Below, piece by piece: positions 59,001 through 62,143 of a stretch of DNA of 62,143 nucleotides. The first letter of the stretch is position 1; the number at the start of each line of letters is the position of its first letter. Below the pieces are notes generated by a model. That model was not told where the DNA came from and did no database searches. It saw nothing but the letters and a program-made list of their open reading frames with translations. A program made the position numbers and the translations under genes. Origin of the DNA: an uncultured Prevotellaceae bacterium (GTDB lineage: Bacteria > Bacteroidota > Bacteroidia > Bacteroidales > Bacteroidaceae); NCBI GenBank assembly GCA_946541275.1, contig CAMNJH010000001.1, positions 1-62,143 of the forward strand. The letters are read 5' to 3'.

Positions 59001-59323
59001 CTGCAGGCAACGTCACCGTGCCCCGCAATGCCGAGGCTGCCTATCCCAACATGAAGTACAGCTCCATCAACGAGCAGGCCAGCAGCTTCTGGCTGGTCAA
59101 CGCCGCCAATGTCACTCTGCGCAACATCTCCGTGGCCTACAGCCTGCCCAAGAACTGGATCAAGCCCATCGGCGTGAGCAATGTGCGACTGAACTTCACC
59201 GTGCAGAATGCCCTCTACCTCTACAATCCCTATCCTGACAAGTCGTGGGCCAGCTACGGAGGAACCTACGGGCGCTATCCCAACCTGCGCAAGATGACCT
59301 TTGGTATCAACGTCAGTTTCTAA
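56033..59323 (+). CDS. SusC/RagA TonB-dependent transporter
   Basis: EEVVVVGYGTQK, PLYVID, ESITVLKDAAAAVYGARSAYGVVLVKTKKG, C-terminal GINVSF. Confidence 0.96.
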   Translation: MMKKYIITLCLGAAMSLPALAQDKVVTGTVYDELGEPVIGASVMVKGTKIGTITDFDGNYKLTIPEKAKITITYIGYVPLETTGGVVRLQEDRQSLEEVVVVGYGTQKMKNVTGAVEAIAAEDLKDLSVGSLGDALAGQFNGVSVSRGAGAYRPGQSPSLQIRNASANTSQTPGATNGGDPNASPLYVIDDFIATEDAFNNLDVSEVESITVLKDAAAAVYGARSAYGVVLVKTKKGKAGAPRISYNGQLGWTDAIYTPKMLSSYDYGRIWNAVTAAGTATKDYVDNARVLFQANELEQMKHLNYDLLDDEWRSALTHRHSINVSGGSDNATYFANVSYYNQDGNIGKLDYDRWNYRAGMNTNIGKYVKATLEVSGDYGKKNNAIIAKGGGTDGDYSYLMTHLPFVPSYVDGYPIVYSGMQNTIPTSDTRLYNFQAVQNCDDYVRNMTNNMTINGALTFDLGFIKALKGLTAKVSYSKTINNSKSNTMKTYMDVYMLSQRNAEYPHLYSWSGQNTADWYNASTLTTLLLNNGSLLSRTMSRSDSYQLNFTLQYARKFGQHDFSALYSLERSENEFEDLTGEITDPVSYTDGQSKSAMGEQATSFGRSVGGMLSHVGRFNYAYADKYLFEFLFRADGNGSKFAPENRWGYFPSFSAGWVMSEEEWFQKALPWVDFLKLRGSWGYLGRDNIVAFLWRQQYNRDLDKGAVFGQASTGTPVSAGSVMPVRGVNPFVHWDKNYKTNFGLDMRFLRGRLSVDFNYYYDRGREIFMTYTGTSMFPTTVGTQASPENYGSIDNWGWELNLGWRDKIGKDWQYWVKLSTGWNDNKILEGPFPATPEFESIVKGQRMDRGVWGMKCLGMFRSYQEIQEYFTENNITNYFGKTIDDVHPGTLIYADVHGDNDGTGNYGGPDGKINNNDYVRLSKYSSNPYGFTMNFGGSWRDFSITAQLSAAWGAYNIVQTDFRKSADDMEYQNLPSFWRDMYVYEDIYDAAGNVTVPRNAEAAYPNMKYSSINEQASSFWLVNAANVTLRNISVAYSLPKNWIKPIGVSNVRLNFTVQNALYLYNPYPDKSWASYGGTYGRYPNLRKMTFGINVSF

Positions 59324-59326
59324 AAA

Positions 59327-59500
59327 GACCCACCCCCTACCCCTCCCTTGAGAGGGAGGGGAGTAGTCAGATTTGAAAACTCATATAAACAGAAATATCA
59401 TAAACTTATGAAACACAATATTAGTAAAAAGATAAAGGGAGTGCTCCGTTTCATGGTCTATACACTCCTCCCCCTCGCAGGGGGAGGGTGGATGGGGGTC
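59327..59500. repeat. Pair of GC-rich REP-like palindromes in inverted orientation straddling the susD start
   Basis: gacccacccccta-cccctcccttgagagggaggggagt (59327-59364) vs actcctccccctcgcagggggagggtggatgggggtc (59464-59500). Confidence 0.7.
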
Positions 59501-61678
59501 GCTTGCTCCGATGATTTCCTCGACGATATGACCGTCTATGGCAGCTTCAGCGAAGACAAGGTCTACAGCAGCTACGCTGGCGCCCTCGACCGTGTGAACA
59601 CGCTCTATCGTGAACTGCTGCCACAGGCCTGCCAGGGCGGTGCCAATGGCTCCAACGGGCAGAACGGCTACACCTCGACCGGCTCACCCGAGGTGTGGTC
59701 GAAGTCGTCGCTCGAATATGGTGGCTTCACTGACTTCACCAACCCCGACAACGAGCTTGACTACATCAACATCACCGACTACTTCTACGTCATCAACAAG
59801 AGCGACAGCCCCTGGGGCAACATCCGCAATGCCAACGACATCATTGAGCATGTCGAGGCCAGCACGGTGCTCTCCGATGATGAGAAGAACAAGCTGCTGG
59901 GCCAGGCCCTCTTCTTCCGTGCCTTCCGCTACTGGACGCTGGTGAAGCTCTACGGCGGCGTACCCATCATTGACCATCCGCAGGATCCCATCATCGGCGA
60001 TGGCGACGGAAGCGACAAGATTGTGCCCCGCTCACCTGCCAAGGACTGCATTGCCTTCATCTGCAACGACTTGCAGAGGGCTTCCGAGATGCTGCCTGCC
60101 AGCTGGGGCTCGTCCGACTACGGGCGCATCACCGCCGGCGCAGCCGCAGCGCTCAAAGGCCGCGTGGAGCTGTTCTATGCTTCGCCACTCTTCAACCGCG
60201 CTGACCAGACCGACCGCTGGGAGACGGCCTACCAGACCAACAAGCGCGCCCTGCAGCTGCTCAACCAGGGCGGTGTGGGCCTGGCATACGCCGCCAATGG
60301 CGGTGCCAGCAACGGCCTCAACTGGGGAAAGATGTTCCTGGCCAACGACGGTAGCGACGGCACCGTGGGCGAGACGGTGCTCGCCACACTCTACAACAGT
60401 CGTGACAAGGTGGAGACGGCCAACTACGACAAGTGGAACGGATGGGAGCACAGCCTGCGCCCTGTCAATGCCAACGGCAGTGGCGGTCTGCACCCCACGG
60501 CCGAGATGGTCGACCTCTTCCCCATGGCCGACGGCCTGCGCCCCGGCCAGAGCTCACTGCCCTACAACACCGTGTGCTTCTGGCTCAACCGTGACCCGCG
60601 CTTCTATCGCACCTTCGCCTTCCCCGGCGTGGAGTGGAAGTTCGACACCAGCGGCAACGACCTCAACTCCTATGACGACGTAGGCAAGAAGTACGTCTAT
60701 AGCTACTTCCCCCATCAGTACAGCGGTTCGGGCACCGACTTCCAGCTGTGGAGCTACACCTGGTATGCCAATGCCGAGGATGCCGACAAGGTGAGCAGCC
60801 TCTCCAACGGCTATACCGCCGACCTCATTGCGCAGAAGAACAGCGCCGTCTACATCCGCAAGCGTAGTGACGACCTGAGTCTCTCGGCCAATCCCCTCTA
60901 TCGCTTCAGCATCAGCGCCTCCACGCCGAAGGGCTTCCAGCAGTCGGGCGCACCCCTCATCTGGATGCGCTATGCCGAGGTGCTGCTCAACTTTGCCGAG
61001 GCTGCTGCCGGTGCCGGCCATCTGGACGAGGCTCTCGACGCCTTGCAGCAGGTGCGCGCCCGCGTGGGCTACACGGCCGACATGAACTACGGCCTGCCCA
61101 CCGACCTCACCACCCGCGAAAAACTGCTCTCTGCCGTGCTCTATGAGCGTCAGGTGGAGCTGGCCTACGAGGGTAAGGCCTTCGACGACCTGCGCCGCTG
61201 GATGCTCTTCGACGGTGGCACCGAGGCTTTCCAGGGCCAGCCCGCATCATGGAAGCTCACCGGCTTCGGCGGCAACACCTGTGCCTATCTGGGTGTCACA
61301 CCCCTCAACGGCCAGCGTCGCCACGAGATTGTGCTCTACACCCGCACCAACGCCACCCAGAGCAACGAGAGCGACCCCATCCTGAAGAACCGCCCCGCTG
61401 CCCTCACCCTCACTGAGAACCTCACCTATAATGAGGACGATGATGAGTACGGCAGCGATGCAGCCATGGAGCTGGCCGACTTCTACACCGCCTACCTGAA
61501 GCGCAAGAATGTGAATGCCGATGGTAATGACGAGACGAAGGGCATCCTCTTCCGTCCACAGTATTACTTCATCGGACTGAAGCAGAGCGCCATGCAGACC
61601 AACCCCACGCTGCTGCAGACCGTGGGCTGGCATGACTACAGTCACGGCCAGGACGGCACCTTCGACCCCCTGCAGTAA
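59408..61678 (+). CDS. SusD/RagB family glycan-binding lipoprotein
   Basis: Lipobox GVAC; GQALFFRAFRYWTLVKLYGGVP, NRDPRFY, MRYAEVLLNFAEA, ERQVELAYEGKAFDDLRRW; ATG 59408 preferred over TTG 59348. Confidence 0.93.
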   Translation: MKHNISKKIKGVLRFMVYTLLPLAGGGWMGVACSDDFLDDMTVYGSFSEDKVYSSYAGALDRVNTLYRELLPQACQGGANGSNGQNGYTSTGSPEVWSKSSLEYGGFTDFTNPDNELDYINITDYFYVINKSDSPWGNIRNANDIIEHVEASTVLSDDEKNKLLGQALFFRAFRYWTLVKLYGGVPIIDHPQDPIIGDGDGSDKIVPRSPAKDCIAFICNDLQRASEMLPASWGSSDYGRITAGAAAALKGRVELFYASPLFNRADQTDRWETAYQTNKRALQLLNQGGVGLAYAANGGASNGLNWGKMFLANDGSDGTVGETVLATLYNSRDKVETANYDKWNGWEHSLRPVNANGSGGLHPTAEMVDLFPMADGLRPGQSSLPYNTVCFWLNRDPRFYRTFAFPGVEWKFDTSGNDLNSYDDVGKKYVYSYFPHQYSGSGTDFQLWSYTWYANAEDADKVSSLSNGYTADLIAQKNSAVYIRKRSDDLSLSANPLYRFSISASTPKGFQQSGAPLIWMRYAEVLLNFAEAAAGAGHLDEALDALQQVRARVGYTADMNYGLPTDLTTREKLLSAVLYERQVELAYEGKAFDDLRRWMLFDGGTEAFQGQPASWKLTGFGGNTCAYLGVTPLNGQRRHEIVLYTRTNATQSNESDPILKNRPAALTLTENLTYNEDDDEYGSDAAMELADFYTAYLKRKNVNADGNDETKGILFRPQYYFIGLKQSAMQTNPTLLQTVGWHDYSHGQDGTFDPLQ

Positions 61679-61710
61679 ACGGGGACTCCCCCCGGCTCAT
61701 CCAGCTGACT

Positions 61711-61755
61711 ATCCCCCCTCTGACTTCCCTCTCCATGAGGAGTCAGAGGGGGGAT
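61711..61755 (+). terminator. 15-bp stem hairpin after susD-2
   Basis: atcccccctctgact / agtcagaggggggat. Confidence 0.6.
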
Positions 61756-61817
61756 GTCTTGTTGAATAACTGTGCTGCAAGTGAAATCTTGTAAGACACT
61801 TTTTCAATTGTCACTAA

Positions 61818-62053
61818 TCAAATAACCCTTCACGGCAACGATAAACGCCTGTAATTCAGTATGTTGCAGTGAAGGGTGTATTTGAGTTAGGAATTACCTC
61901 CTAACTCTACTAAGGTTTTTGCTTTTTCTAAAAATCGTTGAATTTTTCTGATGGGGCGTTGACTTTTTCTCATGGGGGGCCGACTTTTTCTCATGGGAGG
62001 CCGCCATTTTTTCATGGGGCGGCTTCCTTTTCTCATGGGGCGGCTTCCTTTTT
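61818..62053. repeat. Inverted repeat (acccttcac/gtgaagggt) followed by a drifting 21-bp tandem array related to the element core (copy E)
   Basis: tcaaataacccttcacggcaac (61818-61839) / gttgcagtgaagggtgtatttga (61863-61885); ~6 units of 21 bp from ~61923, sharing cgttgacttttt with copies A-C. Confidence 0.7.
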
Positions 62054-62143
62054 TGTGTGATGAGCCAAGATTTTCCGATAAGAATCCACTCCTCCTCCTG
62101 TTTCATGCTTTGGCAACAGAGGGATTATGACAGTCTATCACAA

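Noticed and set aside
1-62143. tRNA, rRNA, transposase, integrase or prophage genes
   Set aside because: None recognised on either strand.

Overview
A 62 kb Bacteroidales (Prevotella-like) chromosomal segment; taxonomy is inferred from gene families and TAnnTTTG -7 promoter boxes. The first ~17 kb is housekeeping: partial pnp, a thioredoxin-fold lipoprotein, ccsA/resB/porin without nrfHA, an M16 protease, comEC, spmAB, a four-helix-bundle gene, a flippase, DPP7 and an aspartyl protease. The remaining ~45 kb is a large pectin locus that looks specialised for rhamnogalacturonan-II (RG-II). It has two PL1 lyases, a GH140 apiosidase, an esterase-GH95 fusion, a GH43-GH143-GH142 triple fusion, a GH2, two SusC/SusD pairs, a probable apiose catabolic module (split transketolase plus FGGY kinase), and several T9SS-type secreted proteins that share uncharacterised modules. 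The most unusual signals are non-coding. (1) A 400-510 bp intergenic element family (3 full copies, 1 degenerate copy, 1 related array) has ~120 bp mirrored arms of TGCTAC motifs, CG-run/TATA termini, a variable-number 21-bp tandem array and a co-varying hairpin. (2) A four-helix-bundle gene is bracketed by 9-bp-period repeats that can pair locally or across the gene, and related short-period repeats lie at gene junctions and in frame inside proteins and signal peptides. All family assignments come from motif recognition by eye, not database searches.
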